A stretch of 64,000 bases of DNA from Verrucomicrobia bacterium UBA3624. Lineage in GTDB: Bacteria; Verrucomicrobiota; Kiritimatiellia; RFP12; UBA1067. Where the stretch lies: NCBI GenBank assembly GCA_002373695.1, contig DFLH01000050.1, positions 1 through 64,000 on the forward strand, given 5' to 3'. Position numbers and translations under genes: made by a program. This document shows positions 19,539 to 29,821 of the stretch, in pieces; position 1 is the first letter of the stretch; each line of letters opens with the position of its first letter. The notes below the pieces were generated by a model. That model made no database searches and was not told the DNA's origin. It worked only from the letters and a program-made list of their open reading frames with translations.

Positions 19539-20159
19539 CTACAACGTTCCAAATATGCGATCGCCGGCATCGCCAAGCCCCGGCACTATGTAGAAGTGCG
19601 AGTTCAGGCGTTCGTCCTTTGCGGCGGTATACACAGGCACGTCTGGATGGTGCTTTTCAAAATTGGCGATGCCTTCGGGAGCGGAGACCAGGTTCAAGAA
19701 TATGATCTTCCCGTATCCCAGCTTCTTCAACTGCGAGACGGCGTCCACCGCGCTGCCGCCGGTTGCGAACATCGGATCGATGGCGATTGCCAGCTCGTCG
19801 CCCTTGGCAGGCGGCACCTTGGCGTAGTACGGGATCGGCTCTGCCGTCTCCTCGTTGCGCTGCATTCCCAGCACTCCCACCTTGGCGTACGGAAGCACGC
19901 GCAGCATGGCATCGAGCATGCCCATGCCGGCGCGCAGGATGGGAACCAGAACGACGTTCTCCGCCACCTTGCGCCCCACCGTCTTCGCGAGCGGCGTCTG
20001 GACAGGCACCTCTACGGTCTTCAAGTCCCTCAACGCCTCGTAGGCGAGGAAGGTCGTGATTTCCGACACCAGTTCGCGAAAGAGCTTCGGCTGGGTGGCT
20101 GCATCGCGCATGTACGCCATGCGGTGGTCGACGAGCGGATGGTGGAGAACGGTTGTCAT
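19539..20159 (-). CDS. upp: Uracil phosphoribosyltransferase
   Basis: MTTVLHHPLV...VLVPILRAGMGM...IDPMFATGGSA; PRPP-binding motif. Confidence 0.9.
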   Translation of the reverse strand: MTTVLHHPLVDHRMAYMRDAATQPKLFRELVSEITTFLAYEALRDLKTVEVPVQTPLAKTVGRKVAENVVLVPILRAGMGMLDAMLRVLPYAKVGVLGMQRNEETAEPIPYYAKVPPAKGDELAIAIDPMFATGGSAVDAVSQLKKLGYGKIIFLNLVSAPEGIANFEKHHPDVPVYTAAKDERLNSHFYIVPGLGDAGDRIFGTL

Positions 20160-20176
20160 GTGCGTTTCCCGTTTTG

Positions 20177-21079
20177 TCAGAAGTTGAAGGTGAGGCCTAC
20201 GCCGCCCCATGCGAAATCCTTGTATTGCCCGTAGTCGGCGCCGCTGCCGTGCTCGGCGGCATCGCGCAGGTCGCGGTCGATGATCGAGCAGTATGCGACT
20301 TTCGCGAACAGGCCGAAATGTTCGGAGAACTGGTAGTTGGCTTCAAGCATGAGCTTCATCGTGGCGACACCGCCGTTGTGGAACTCGGTGAAACCGGCCG
20401 TAGGGAAGCACCAGTTGTAGCGATGGTCGCGGTATACGAACGTGATTGACGGCGTGAGAGTGAACTCGTCCGTCACTCCGCAGGCGCGCTTCAATCCGAA
20501 CTGCAGCAGGTCGGCGTTGTTCTCGTGGTACTCGTGCACCCAATCGAGGAACGGCACCACGAACGGGTTGACGAGCGCGAAGCTGTGGTTCCAGTCCATC
20601 GTCGTGTCCGTCTTGCCCCACATGCGCTCGTGGCGGCGGTGGGGGTAGTAGTACCAGATGATGGACGTGCGGTAGTCAAACCCCCACTTCTCGTCATCGT
20701 CGAACCAGAACGTCTTGCCGTAGTGGATGTTGGGATCCCATTCGTTGAACGCCTTGCCGTAGCTGCGCCGGCGCTTGTCGGTCAGATCCGTGTTGCACCA
20801 GGTCCCTATGCCGAGGTAGCCCAGGTTCAAATCCCTCACGTTCAAGTTCAGGTTGACCTCCACGTAACCCTGCAGGGTCGGCTCCGAGTTCAGCAGCGAA
20901 CCATATAGCTGGTAGCCGGAGTACATTCCGTAGTTTCCGAAGCCCCAGAACCAGGGGTCGTCGCGTTCCTCCATCTCCTGAACGGGTTCAGGCGACTCGG
21001 TTTCCGGGGCCTTTACGGCGTCTTCCGCAAAGGCGAAGCCTGTCGCGGCAACGGCCGCCGCCAACAACAATCTCTTCAT
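20177..21079 (-). CDS. Putative outer-membrane beta-barrel protein
   Basis: Signal peptide MKRLLLAAAVAATGFAFA. It is rich in aromatic residues and Gly and ends in C-terminal F (TFNF). An AAGGAG RBS precedes it. Confidence 0.5.
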   Translation of the reverse strand: MKRLLLAAAVAATGFAFAEDAVKAPETESPEPVQEMEERDDPWFWGFGNYGMYSGYQLYGSLLNSEPTLQGYVEVNLNLNVRDLNLGYLGIGTWCNTDLTDKRRRSYGKAFNEWDPNIHYGKTFWFDDDEKWGFDYRTSIIWYYYPHRRHERMWGKTDTTMDWNHSFALVNPFVVPFLDWVHEYHENNADLLQFGLKRACGVTDEFTLTPSITFVYRDHRYNWCFPTAGFTEFHNGGVATMKLMLEANYQFSEHFGLFAKVAYCSIIDRDLRDAAEHGSGADYGQYKDFAWGGVGLTFNF

Positions 21080-21183
21080 TGCAACTCCTTCTTTTCACGG
21101 CTTTTGTCCCCCGACGCGACAGCGCCGCGGGAAGAGCCGCCCAGATTCTACCATACGCCATCCGAAGAGGCAAGCCACAGAGG

Positions 21184-22095
21184 TCAAGCCTCGAACGAGA
21201 ACGACACTTTCTGCCCGTCGCGCATCTTGCGCATGGAGTCCCACATCAAAGGCCTTTTCCCTGCCGGCCTGGGCGACGGATAGAAAAAATCCTCCATGCG
21301 ACACGTCAACTCGGCGCCATGCGGCGACAGGCGGAACAACGCGAAACCGATGTCGCCCCAGGCGCCTGTGGAAGGCAGGCCCGCCTTCCATAGCGTCCGT
21401 CCCCCCTTCCCGTGCGTCTCGCATATGCTCGAACCCCACCAGTGGTAGTGGCCGTGGATGAAACCGGCGACGACTCTCCGCTCCCGCAGGACGTCGGCTA
21501 TTCCAAGCTCCTCCGGCTTGTGGTGCGCTCCTACGAACACCGGACGGCTCGCGCTGTCGAGCTTGGAGACCAGCCAGTCTATCTGTTCCCTGCCAATGTC
21601 GCCATCGTACATCTTGCCGTTTGGCACGAGCGGCGTCGCATTGAGCGAATCCAGCATTATCAGGTCTGCATGCGGAAACGACACCTGCGAAACGATCCGT
21701 CCGGGGACAGGCGACGACGACGCGTATTCCGGCCACGACCGGAGGAAATGTTCGCGGTGGTCGTGGTTGCCCATGCCGAGCGTCAACTTCAAGCCAGCGT
21801 CCACGAGCGGCTGGAGAAGTTTCCTCGCTTCCGCGTAATCCGCCGCGTATCCCCAGAAATGCGCGACGTCTCCGAAGCAGACCACCTGGGCAGGCAATGG
21901 ATCTAGCGCAAGGATGCGTTGCACGCATCTTGCCAGATACTCGCGCTGATGACGAGGTTCGGCCTTCTCGCCGTTGACGTGCAGATCGGAAATGAAAGCG
22001 GCCAGTTCCGGCTCGCGCGTGCGCACCGCCGCAGCTGTCGCCACACCGCCGGCCGCAGCCGCGCCCATGGCCAGAAAATCCCTTCGTCGCAGCAT
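21184..22095 (-). CDS. Tat-secreted calcineurin-like metallophosphoesterase (paralog of 59823..60788)
   Basis: Tat motif MLRRRDFLAMGAAAAG. Phosphoesterase motifs are GDVAHFWG, GMGNHDHRE and GHYHWW. Confidence 0.75.
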   Translation of the reverse strand: MLRRRDFLAMGAAAAGGVATAAAVRTREPELAAFISDLHVNGEKAEPRHQREYLARCVQRILALDPLPAQVVCFGDVAHFWGYAADYAEARKLLQPLVDAGLKLTLGMGNHDHREHFLRSWPEYASSSPVPGRIVSQVSFPHADLIMLDSLNATPLVPNGKMYDGDIGREQIDWLVSKLDSASRPVFVGAHHKPEELGIADVLRERRVVAGFIHGHYHWWGSSICETHGKGGRTLWKAGLPSTGAWGDIGFALFRLSPHGAELTCRMEDFFYPSPRPAGKRPLMWDSMRKMRDGQKVSFSFEA

Positions 22096-22104
22096 GCGGG
22101 ACGG

Positions 22105-23541
22105 CTACCTTTCAATCCCCAGACGACGTTCGACGTCCTCTATCGTGCCACCCTTCGTCTCCGGCATGAAGAAGATGGCCCAAAGCAGCTGCACCAGCAT
22201 CATGAATGCGAAAAACGCGAAAGCCCAGGTGCCGGCCCGTTCGGCCACCACCGGAAACGCCCATGATATGATCGTGCACATGAACCAGTGCGTGAAGCAT
22301 CCAAGCGCCTGGCCCTTCGCACGGACGGCATTCGGGAACACCTCGCTGATGTAGACCCATATCACCGCGCCGGACGAACATGCGAAGAACGCTATGAAAC
22401 CTAGAATGCCTATCACCGCCAGCGTCGCGTTGCACTTGTCGCCCAGCGACAGCTGCCAGGCCACGAGCGAATGCATCAAGATCATCAGCGCCGAACCGCC
22501 GATGATCATCGCCCTGCGCCCGAACTTGTCGATGATGAAGAATGCGAGGATCGTGAACGCGAGGTTGACCGTCCCTACTCCCATCGTCCCGGCGAGCGAC
22601 GCCATCTCGCTGCCCTTGCCGAATATCATGTCGAAGATGCGCGGCGCATAGTAGTTTATGGCGTTGATGCCGCTCACCTGGTTGAAGAAGGCGATAAAGA
22701 ACGCGAGCAGGATCGGCTTGATGTAGCGTCTCTGGAAGAGACGCGCCGAAACGCCCTGCGCCACCTCGCGCAGCGACACCTCGATCTCGCCGATCGTCTT
22801 CCGGACTTCCGGATACCCTACCGATGAGAGCACCGCCTCGGCCTCGGACTTCCTGCCTACGCGCACGAGCCAGCGCGGAGATTCCGGGATCGTCAGCAGA
22901 AGCGCCATGAACAGCGCGATAGGCAGGCACTCCATGCCCAGCATCACGCGCCACTTTACCATTTCCACGGTCATCGGATTCGATGAGAACACTCCCGCAA
23001 GCCATTGGCAGAGGCCGTTGAACCAGCCGCCGTCAACAGCCATCCATCGCGCCACGAAGTAGTTGGACACGTAGGATATGAGTATTCCGAACACGATGTT
23101 AAGCTGGTTCGTCGCGACCAGACGGCCGCGAAGATGGCCGGGGGAAATCTCGACAATGTACAGCGGCACGACCACGCTCACGCCGCCAATGGCCAGGCCG
23201 CCTATGAAACGCATCCATCCGAGGATGTGCGGCCCGACCGACTTGCTTACGGGCGTAAACGCGCACCCGACGGCAGATATGAGAAAGAGCGTTCCCATGA
23301 GCCACAATGTAGGCCGGCGCCCCCACCTGTCTGACGGCGCGCCGGCGCCAAACACGCCTATCACCGTACCTATCAACGCACCCGACACGATAAGGCCGTG
23401 CCAGAAGCCGCTCAAGCCAAACTCCGTCTGGATGGCCTGTTCGCAACCTGAAATGACGCCCGAATCGAAACCGAACAGAAATCCGCCTAGGGCGGCCGCG
23501 ATGACGACATAGAGCAACGACCTGTGCCGATTTTTTTGCAT
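22105..23541 (-). CDS. MFS sugar porter (sugar:H+ symporter)
   Basis: MQKNRHRSLLYVVIAAALGGFLFGFDSGVISG...PESPRWLV; 12-TM layout. ATG at 23541; the earlier M in the track ORF is an extension. Confidence 0.85.
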   Translation of the reverse strand: MQKNRHRSLLYVVIAAALGGFLFGFDSGVISGCEQAIQTEFGLSGFWHGLIVSGALIGTVIGVFGAGAPSDRWGRRPTLWLMGTLFLISAVGCAFTPVSKSVGPHILGWMRFIGGLAIGGVSVVVPLYIVEISPGHLRGRLVATNQLNIVFGILISYVSNYFVARWMAVDGGWFNGLCQWLAGVFSSNPMTVEMVKWRVMLGMECLPIALFMALLLTIPESPRWLVRVGRKSEAEAVLSSVGYPEVRKTIGEIEVSLREVAQGVSARLFQRRYIKPILLAFFIAFFNQVSGINAINYYAPRIFDMIFGKGSEMASLAGTMGVGTVNLAFTILAFFIIDKFGRRAMIIGGSALMILMHSLVAWQLSLGDKCNATLAVIGILGFIAFFACSSGAVIWVYISEVFPNAVRAKGQALGCFTHWFMCTIISWAFPVVAERAGTWAFAFFAFMMLVQLLWAIFFMPETKGGTIEDVERRLGIER

Positions 23542-23598
23542 GGGGCGATTATAGCACAAAATCGAACCTCGTGGAACAGCGGCGTCGGGCAAGACCGC

Positions 23599-24189
23599 CT
23601 AGCACGAACGTTCCTGCCAGGCCCTGTATGCTGCGCAGGCCGCCTGTCCGGCCAGAAGCCCGGCGGCCATGGCGGCGCATTCCATCGACAGAAAGATCGC
23701 CGCAAGCGTAGCAAGAAACGAACTTGCCGCAAGAACAGGCACGGGCGACGGGCAGGGAACGAACGCCATCACGCGGAACCTGTTTCCGTCCACAGGCTCT
23801 ATGAACAGCGACACTCCCCTTCGCCTGTCCCGCGACGGCCAAAGGTCCAGCGGCACCGGGTGTTCCGGTATCCAGCGGCGTCGCAAGCCAAACTTCTTGC
23901 GCCGATGCCCTTCCACGGAGACTGTCATCTCGTCATGCGGCGTAAAGTCCAGAACGATCTTGCGCCCGACAGGCCGCGTGGCGTCGAAGGCGAGCCGCAT
24001 TCGTTCCGGACGCTCGTCCAACCGCCGTGCCACCTCAGCAAGATACCCGGCCATCACGGCAGGAGTGACAGTGGACGGATCCACGCATATCCTCACTGGC
24101 AGGCCCCACCGGCGGCAACGCCACCACAACGCCATCACGGGCGCCATGGCGGATATGGACAGCAGCAACATGCTTGCCACTACCCGCAT
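23599..24189 (-). CDS. Hypothetical protein with N- and C-terminal hydrophobic segments
   Basis: 196-aa ORF with ATG at 24189 and a GAGAGG RBS, co-oriented with and 58 nt upstream of the MFS gene. No recognisable domain, so coding status is uncertain. Confidence 0.35.
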   Translation of the reverse strand: MRVVASMLLLSISAMAPVMALWWRCRRWGLPVRICVDPSTVTPAVMAGYLAEVARRLDERPERMRLAFDATRPVGRKIVLDFTPHDEMTVSVEGHRRKKFGLRRRWIPEHPVPLDLWPSRDRRRGVSLFIEPVDGNRFRVMAFVPCPSPVPVLAASSFLATLAAIFLSMECAAMAAGLLAGQAACAAYRAWQERSC

Positions 24190-24345
24190 TGCGAAAGGAC
24201 CTCTCTCGTTAGTTCATCCATGTGGACGCTCGACATCTGTTCCGACGCGACAAGTGTACCAAATATGAAGGTGTTTTTGACAGTCGGCGGCGAAAAGGAT
24301 ATAATTTGCGCCCAAAAAATCCCCCGAAGGAAGGGAATTGATGAC

Positions 24346-26082
24346 ATGAGCGAATTCAAGCTGTCAGACCCGTACGGGACGACGCCCACGCAGGCGCCGT
24401 TCTCCCAGAGCGTCAGCCGCGGAGTGCCGTGGCACAACCTGCCCGTTACCCGCGAATACACTCTCGGCCAGCTCCTGGACCAGACGATCGCCCGTTGCGG
24501 AGAAAACGATGCCGTCGTGTACGCCGATCGCGACTTCCGCCTGACATGGTACGAATTCGGCGAAGAGGTCGACCGTCTCGCGCGCGGCCTGATGGCGCTT
24601 GGCGTGAAGCGCGGCGAGAAGATCGCCCTGTGGGCGACCAACGTCCCGCACTGGGTCGTGCTGATGTTTGCGGTCGCGAAGATCGGTGCGATCCTGCTGC
24701 CGCTCAACACGAACTACAAAGAGCATGAAATGGATTTCGCGCTCACGCAGTCCGACACGGAGAACCTTTTCATCATCGCCGGCTACCGCGACTGCTCGTA
24801 CGTGGACGTGATCTATACGCTCGTCCCCGAACTCAGGGAGCAGCCCAGGGGCGCGCTCAAGAGCGCGAAATATCCGCACCTGAAGCGTGTCATGTTCCTC
24901 GGCGGCGAGAAGCACCGCGGAATGTACTCGCTCAACGAGGTGCTGGCGCTCTCCGTGGAGACGCCGTGGGAGGAATACCTGAAGCGCCAGTCGGAATGCG
25001 ACGTGAACGATGTCGTCAACATGCAGTACACTTCAGGCACCACGGGCTTCCCGAAGGGCGTGCAGCTCACGCATCGCAACATTGCGAACGACGGCTTCTG
25101 GATCGGCGCGTGCCAGAATCTCTCCTGCCGCGACCGCGTGTGCATCCCCGTTCCCCTTTTCCACTGCTTCGGTTGCGTCCTCGGCGTGATGAGCTGCGTC
25201 AACCACGGCTCTACGATGGTGTTCCTGGAAAAGTTCGATCCCATACAGGTGATGATGTCAATCGAACGCGAGAAGTGTACGGCCACGTACGGCGTCCCCA
25301 CGATGTACATCGCGATGCTCGACCATCCGCTCTTCTCCAAGTTCGACTTCCACTCGCTCCGCACCGGCATCATGTCCGGCTCCGCCTGCCCGGTCCACCG
25401 CATGCAGCAGGTCTTCGACCGCATGTTCATGAAGGAGGTCTGCAACCCCTACGGTCTCACCGAAAGCGGCCCTGTGATGACGATGACGCGCTACTTCGAA
25501 CCGTCCATCGAACGCAAGTGCCAGACGATCGGCCAGGCCCTTCCCGGCATCGAGGTGGCTGTCATCGACCCGGAGACCGGCGAGATATCCCCGCTCGACA
25601 CCGACGGCGAAATCTGCTGCCGCGGCTTCAACAACATGAAGGGCTACTACAAGATGCCCGAGCAGACGGCCAAATGCATCGACAAGAACGGCTGGCTCCA
25701 TTCCGGCGACATCGGCCGCATGGACAAGGATGGATACTACTACATCACCGGCCGTCTGAAGGATCTCATCATACGCGGCGGCGAGAACATCTCCCCGAAG
25801 GAGGTGGAGGATTTCCTCGGAACCATGCCCGGCGTCAAGGACGTGGCCGTTGTAGGCTGCCCCTCAAAGAAGTATGGCGAGCAACCGGCCGCGTTCATCA
25901 TCCCGGCTGACGGCGCCGACATCAAGGAAGAGGACGTGGCGGACTTCTGCCACAACAAGATATCCTGGTTCAAGATCCCGAAGTACGTCCACTTCATGGA
26001 TATCTTCCCGATGACGGCCTCGCAGAAGATCCAGAAGTACAAGCTCCGCGAACTCGCCGCCCAGCTCTGGCCCGACGCCTAG
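24346..26082 (+). CDS. AMP-dependent acyl-CoA synthetase/ligase (fatty-acid--CoA ligase family)
   Basis: MSEFKLSDPYG...; AMP-binding motif YTSGTTGFPKGV; C-terminal ...ASQKIQKYKL. The track ORF 23524..26082 carries an ~820-nt spurious 5-prime extension. Confidence 0.85.
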   Translation: MSEFKLSDPYGTTPTQAPFSQSVSRGVPWHNLPVTREYTLGQLLDQTIARCGENDAVVYADRDFRLTWYEFGEEVDRLARGLMALGVKRGEKIALWATNVPHWVVLMFAVAKIGAILLPLNTNYKEHEMDFALTQSDTENLFIIAGYRDCSYVDVIYTLVPELREQPRGALKSAKYPHLKRVMFLGGEKHRGMYSLNEVLALSVETPWEEYLKRQSECDVNDVVNMQYTSGTTGFPKGVQLTHRNIANDGFWIGACQNLSCRDRVCIPVPLFHCFGCVLGVMSCVNHGSTMVFLEKFDPIQVMMSIEREKCTATYGVPTMYIAMLDHPLFSKFDFHSLRTGIMSGSACPVHRMQQVFDRMFMKEVCNPYGLTESGPVMTMTRYFEPSIERKCQTIGQALPGIEVAVIDPETGEISPLDTDGEICCRGFNNMKGYYKMPEQTAKCIDKNGWLHSGDIGRMDKDGYYYITGRLKDLIIRGGENISPKEVEDFLGTMPGVKDVAVVGCPSKKYGEQPAAFIIPADGADIKEEDVADFCHNKISWFKIPKYVHFMDIFPMTASQKIQKYKLRELAAQLWPDA

Positions 26083-26261
26083 CCGCCATGGAGTAACAAA
26101 CAGTCTGTACGGTTCCGTTTATTGGCGGCGTACGTCGTAGCGGTTCCGCTCGCGGCTGGATTCTGCAGCATCCTGGCGTGGCGTGCGGTGCGGCGGTTCG
26201 ACGCCGACGGCAACGGGTGAAAAACGCAGATGCGCCCTACAGTGACGGTTGCCGTTTTTTG

Positions 26262-26270
26262 TGCTATAAT
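26262..26270 (+). promoter_or_regulatory. Perfect extended -10 (TGcTATAAT) 7 nt upstream of the GH43 ATG; predicts a leaderless mRNA
   Basis: TG at 26262-26263; TATAAT at 26265-26270; ATG at 26278. Confidence 0.45.
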
Positions 26271-26277
26271 CCCCCGC

Positions 26278-27258
26278 ATGAAAACGACGGTTATCCTGGC
26301 GACCATATCGGCCTGCGCGTGCGTACTGGCCGCGACAACCGAACTGCGGAAGGACTTCCGCATCCGCGATCCGTTCGTCCTGGCGGACGACGGCACCTAC
26401 TATCTATACGAGTCGAAGCCATGGTCCGGCGGCAATGGCGTCACTGTGCGCACCAGCGCCGATCTCGAGCATTGGAGCGAGCGGCAACCCGTCATGGTCG
26501 TGCCGGAAGGCGTGCCGGCAACCGCTGTCTGGGCTCCGGAGGTACACAAGCATGAAGGAGCGTACTATCTATTCGCCACCTTGACGGAGAAAAAGGGTTC
26601 CGCACCGGTCAAGGCGATGTCCCCGAACGCAAAGGAGAAGAACCTCACCCCGCGCGGCACGTGGATATTCAAGGCGGCGAGTCCGCTCGGGCCGTTCAAG
26701 CCCGTGAAGACGGGACCGCTGCCGCCGAAGGAATGGATGACTCTCGACGGCACGCTCTACGTGGAGGACGGCCAGCCCTACATGGTGTTCTGCCACGAGT
26801 GGTGCCAGGTGGACAACGGCCGGATGTGCTACGCGCCGCTCGCGAAGGACTTCGCCTCGTTCACATCCCCGCCCCAAACCCTCTTTTCAGCGCGCGACGC
26901 CGTGCCGGGCGCGGGACACGTGACGGACGGCCCGTTCTTCTACCGCTCCCCCAGGAACGGCGCGCTCTACATGATCTGGTCGAACTTCGTCAAGGGACAC
27001 GGCTACTGCGTACTGCTGCGCAAGTCCTCCACCGGCAAGCTCGCGGGGCCGTGGGCGAAAGACGAGATCTTATATGCCAAGAACGGCGGACACGGCATGC
27101 TCTTCCGCACGTTCGACGGCAAGCTGCTGCTCACCCTCCACCAGCCCAACTCCAAGACCGAACGCATGAAGCTCTTCGAGATCGAGGACACTGGCCGCAC
27201 GTTGCGCCTCGTTCGCGGCGCGTTCGACGCCCCTCCATCTGATACGGAGAGCCGCTGA
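26278..27258 (+). CDS. GH43-family glycoside hydrolase (beta-xylosidase/alpha-L-arabinofuranosidase-like), lipoprotein
   Basis: MKTTVILATISACA has a lipobox (ISAC). RDPFVLADDGTYYLYES is the GH43 catalytic Asp motif, and the protein shows five-bladed propeller repeats. Confidence 0.8.
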   Translation: MKTTVILATISACACVLAATTELRKDFRIRDPFVLADDGTYYLYESKPWSGGNGVTVRTSADLEHWSERQPVMVVPEGVPATAVWAPEVHKHEGAYYLFATLTEKKGSAPVKAMSPNAKEKNLTPRGTWIFKAASPLGPFKPVKTGPLPPKEWMTLDGTLYVEDGQPYMVFCHEWCQVDNGRMCYAPLAKDFASFTSPPQTLFSARDAVPGAGHVTDGPFFYRSPRNGALYMIWSNFVKGHGYCVLLRKSSTGKLAGPWAKDEILYAKNGGHGMLFRTFDGKLLLTLHQPNSKTERMKLFEIEDTGRTLRLVRGAFDAPPSDTESR

Positions 27259-27361
27259 TCGCGAGACTGCGCGACTGTGTACGATGGCGTGAATGGTGCG
27301 TCCGCGAATCGTCGGCATCTTTGCTGTTGCCTTACGAACACGAACGATATATAATGCCCGC

Positions 27362-29809
27362 ATGTCTATGCAAGATGTGATTGTTGTAGGCGCCGGCGTC
27401 GTTGGATGCGCGGTGGCCCGTGAGTTGACGCGTTACAATCTGAATGTGGCTGTGCTGGAATCGGGAAGCGACATCGCCGAAGGCGCATCGAAGGCGAACA
27501 GCGCCATAGTGCATGCTGGTTTTGACGCGAAACCGGGAACGGCTAAAGCGCGTTTCAACGTCCTTGGCAACAGAATGTTCGAGGACGTCTGCCGCGAACT
27601 CAAGGTCCCTTTCAAGAGGAATGGTTCCCTCGTGCTTGCTTTCGGATCCGAAGACGAGGCCGTCCTTGCTGAACTGAAGGCGCGTGGCGAGACAAATGGC
27701 GTGCCTACCGAGATAATATCCCAAGACGAGCTGCGCCGCCGCGAACCAAACGTGTCGGACAAGGCCACGGCCGCGCTTTGGGCGCCGACCGGCGGCATAT
27801 GCTGCCCGTACGAGCTTGCGTTCCGGTATGCCGAAAACGCGGCCGCGAACGGTGCGGAGTTCTTTTTCGACGCGAAAGTCGTCGGCATTTCCGGCGGGTG
27901 GCGCCTGGAGTGCGAGGATGGGCGCGTCTTCGAGGCCCGGGCGATAGTGAACTGCGCCGGCATCCACTCCGACGAACTGAACAACCTCGTCAGCGCGAGG
28001 AAGTACGTGATCGAGGCGCGGCGTGGAGAATATATGATGCTGGATCGCGATGAAGACGGAACGTTTTCCGCGACAATGTTCCAGTGTCCGTCCAAGATGG
28101 GCAAGGGCATACTTGTGTCGCCTACCGTCGATGGCACTGTCATAGTCGGTCCCACGGCCGAGGACATAAAGGACAAGGAGGACAAGGCGACCACGTACGA
28201 GGGACTTGAGAAGGTAAAGGCCGGCGCGAGAAGAACGTATCCGGGGCTGCCGCTGGAGAAGGTCATCACGGAGTTTTCCGGCCTCAGGGCGCATGAGACC
28301 ACGGCAGGAGACTTCATAATCGGAGAAGCCCCGGACGCGGCGCGCTTTTTCAACGCGGTTGGAGTTGAGTCGCCCGGCCTCACATCCGCTCCCGCGATAG
28401 GCGTGTTTCTCGCGGAACGCGTCGCGGAAGCGCTTGGAGCTTCGCACAAGAAGCCGTCGATCATTTCCAAGGATGTCAGCTGGTGGCCCAGAACGAGGGA
28501 CATGAAGCCTGAAGAACTCGCCGAAATGGTAGAGCGCGATCCGTCGTTCGGTCGCGTGATATGCCGTTGCGAGGGCGTGACGGAGGGGGAAATCCGCGCG
28601 GCAATACGCGCACGCGTCGGAGCCAGGACGCTTGACGGCATAAAGCGCCGCACCAGAAGCGGCATGGGACGCTGCCAGGGAGGATTCTGCACTCCAAGGC
28701 TCATTGAGATATTGAGCGCCGAACTGGGACTTCCGCCAGAATCGTTCCTACTTTCGCGCAAGACCGCGCCCAAGGCGCTTTCAGGCATGATAGACCACAG
28801 GCGTTCGCAGGCCGGCGACGAGTTTCTGGACGTGCTGGTTGTTGGAGCCGGCCCGGCAGGACTCGCAGCGGCGTGCGCCGCACGGGAAGCCGGCGCCAGG
28901 GGCATAATAGTCTTGGAGCGCGACGACGCTCCGGGCGGCATCCTTCAGCAGTGCATACACAACGGCTTCGGCCTGCACCGTTTCAAGGAGGAGCTTACGG
29001 GGCCGGAATATGCGCAGCGATTCGTGGACAAGGCGAACAGCCTGGACATACCGGTGGTCTGCGGAACCATGGTGCTTGACATTTCCCCGCAAGCCGGCGG
29101 CGACGTGAAAGTTACCGCTATGAGTCCGCGTGGCGGCCTGCGCATCTACCGGACGCGTTCTGTGATACTTGCGATGGGATGCAGGGAACGTCCGCGAGGA
29201 GCGCTCATGACGCCTGGAACGCGTCCTGCCGGCGTGTACACGGCCGGAACCGTGCAGCGGCTGGTGAACATGGACGGCATAATGCCGGGCAAGCGGGTGG
29301 TGATACTGGGGTCGGGCGACATCGGTCTCATAATGGCGCGCAGGCTCACGTTCTCGGGAGCAAAGGTCCTTGCATGCGTGGAAATAATGAAAAAGTCGTC
29401 CGGCCTCATGCGGAACGTGGTGCAGTGCCTGAACGACTACGACATTCCCCTTCTCCTTTCGCACACCGTAACCGATGTCGAAGGCCGCGAACATGTGACT
29501 GGCGTGAAGGTGGCAAAGGTTGACGACAACCTGAAACCCATCCCCGGCACGGAGATCCACTACGATTGCGACACGCTGGTTCTGTCGTGCGGCCTTATTC
29601 CGGAAAACGAACTTACGAAGAAAGCCGGGGTGGAGATGGATCCCAAAACACGCGGACCGAAGGTGGATGCCAAGATGGCGACAAGCGTCCCCGGAATATT
29701 TGCGGGCGGCAATGTCGTAAGGGTCTACGACCTTGTCGACTGGGTGAGCAGGGACTCGGAGATCGCAGGGCGTTCGGCGGCGGAGCATGCAAAGGCGTTG
29801 AGGGGTTGA
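27362..29809 (+). CDS. Fused FAD-dependent dehydrogenase (GlpA/L-2-hydroxyglutarate oxidase-like, with BFD-type 2Fe-2S domain) plus NAD(FAD)-dependent pyridine-nucleotide-disulfide oxidoreductase
   Basis: N-terminus MSMQDVIVVGAGVVGCAVAREL (FAD GxGxxG). The mid region CRCEGVTEGEIRAAI...GMGRCQGGFCTPRL is BFD-like. A second dinucleotide fold DVLVVGAGPAGLAAA follows, then GGNVVRVYD. Confidence 0.75.
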   Translation: MSMQDVIVVGAGVVGCAVARELTRYNLNVAVLESGSDIAEGASKANSAIVHAGFDAKPGTAKARFNVLGNRMFEDVCRELKVPFKRNGSLVLAFGSEDEAVLAELKARGETNGVPTEIISQDELRRREPNVSDKATAALWAPTGGICCPYELAFRYAENAAANGAEFFFDAKVVGISGGWRLECEDGRVFEARAIVNCAGIHSDELNNLVSARKYVIEARRGEYMMLDRDEDGTFSATMFQCPSKMGKGILVSPTVDGTVIVGPTAEDIKDKEDKATTYEGLEKVKAGARRTYPGLPLEKVITEFSGLRAHETTAGDFIIGEAPDAARFFNAVGVESPGLTSAPAIGVFLAERVAEALGASHKKPSIISKDVSWWPRTRDMKPEELAEMVERDPSFGRVICRCEGVTEGEIRAAIRARVGARTLDGIKRRTRSGMGRCQGGFCTPRLIEILSAELGLPPESFLLSRKTAPKALSGMIDHRRSQAGDEFLDVLVVGAGPAGLAAACAAREAGARGIIVLERDDAPGGILQQCIHNGFGLHRFKEELTGPEYAQRFVDKANSLDIPVVCGTMVLDISPQAGGDVKVTAMSPRGGLRIYRTRSVILAMGCRERPRGALMTPGTRPAGVYTAGTVQRLVNMDGIMPGKRVVILGSGDIGLIMARRLTFSGAKVLACVEIMKKSSGLMRNVVQCLNDYDIPLLLSHTVTDVEGREHVTGVKVAKVDDNLKPIPGTEIHYDCDTLVLSCGLIPENELTKKAGVEMDPKTRGPKVDAKMATSVPGIFAGGNVVRVYDLVDWVSRDSEIAGRSAAEHAKALRG

Positions 29810-29821
29810 GAGGGTACGGCA

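Noticed and set aside
23531-23537. T7/A7 runs at 23531-23537 (MFS codons 2-4), 49215-49221 (in gspH) and 10053-10059.
   Set aside because: Seven-nucleotide A/T runs are too short and common to argue for phase variation. 10053-10059 is the terminator U-tract.
23524-24345. 820-nt N-terminal extension of the acyl-CoA synthetase ORF (852-aa track ORF).
   Set aside because: The extension is low-complexity and runs antisense through the MFS gene promoter and a candidate minus-strand ORF. The conserved protein starts at MSEFKL (ATG 24346) with an upstream GAAGGGA RBS.
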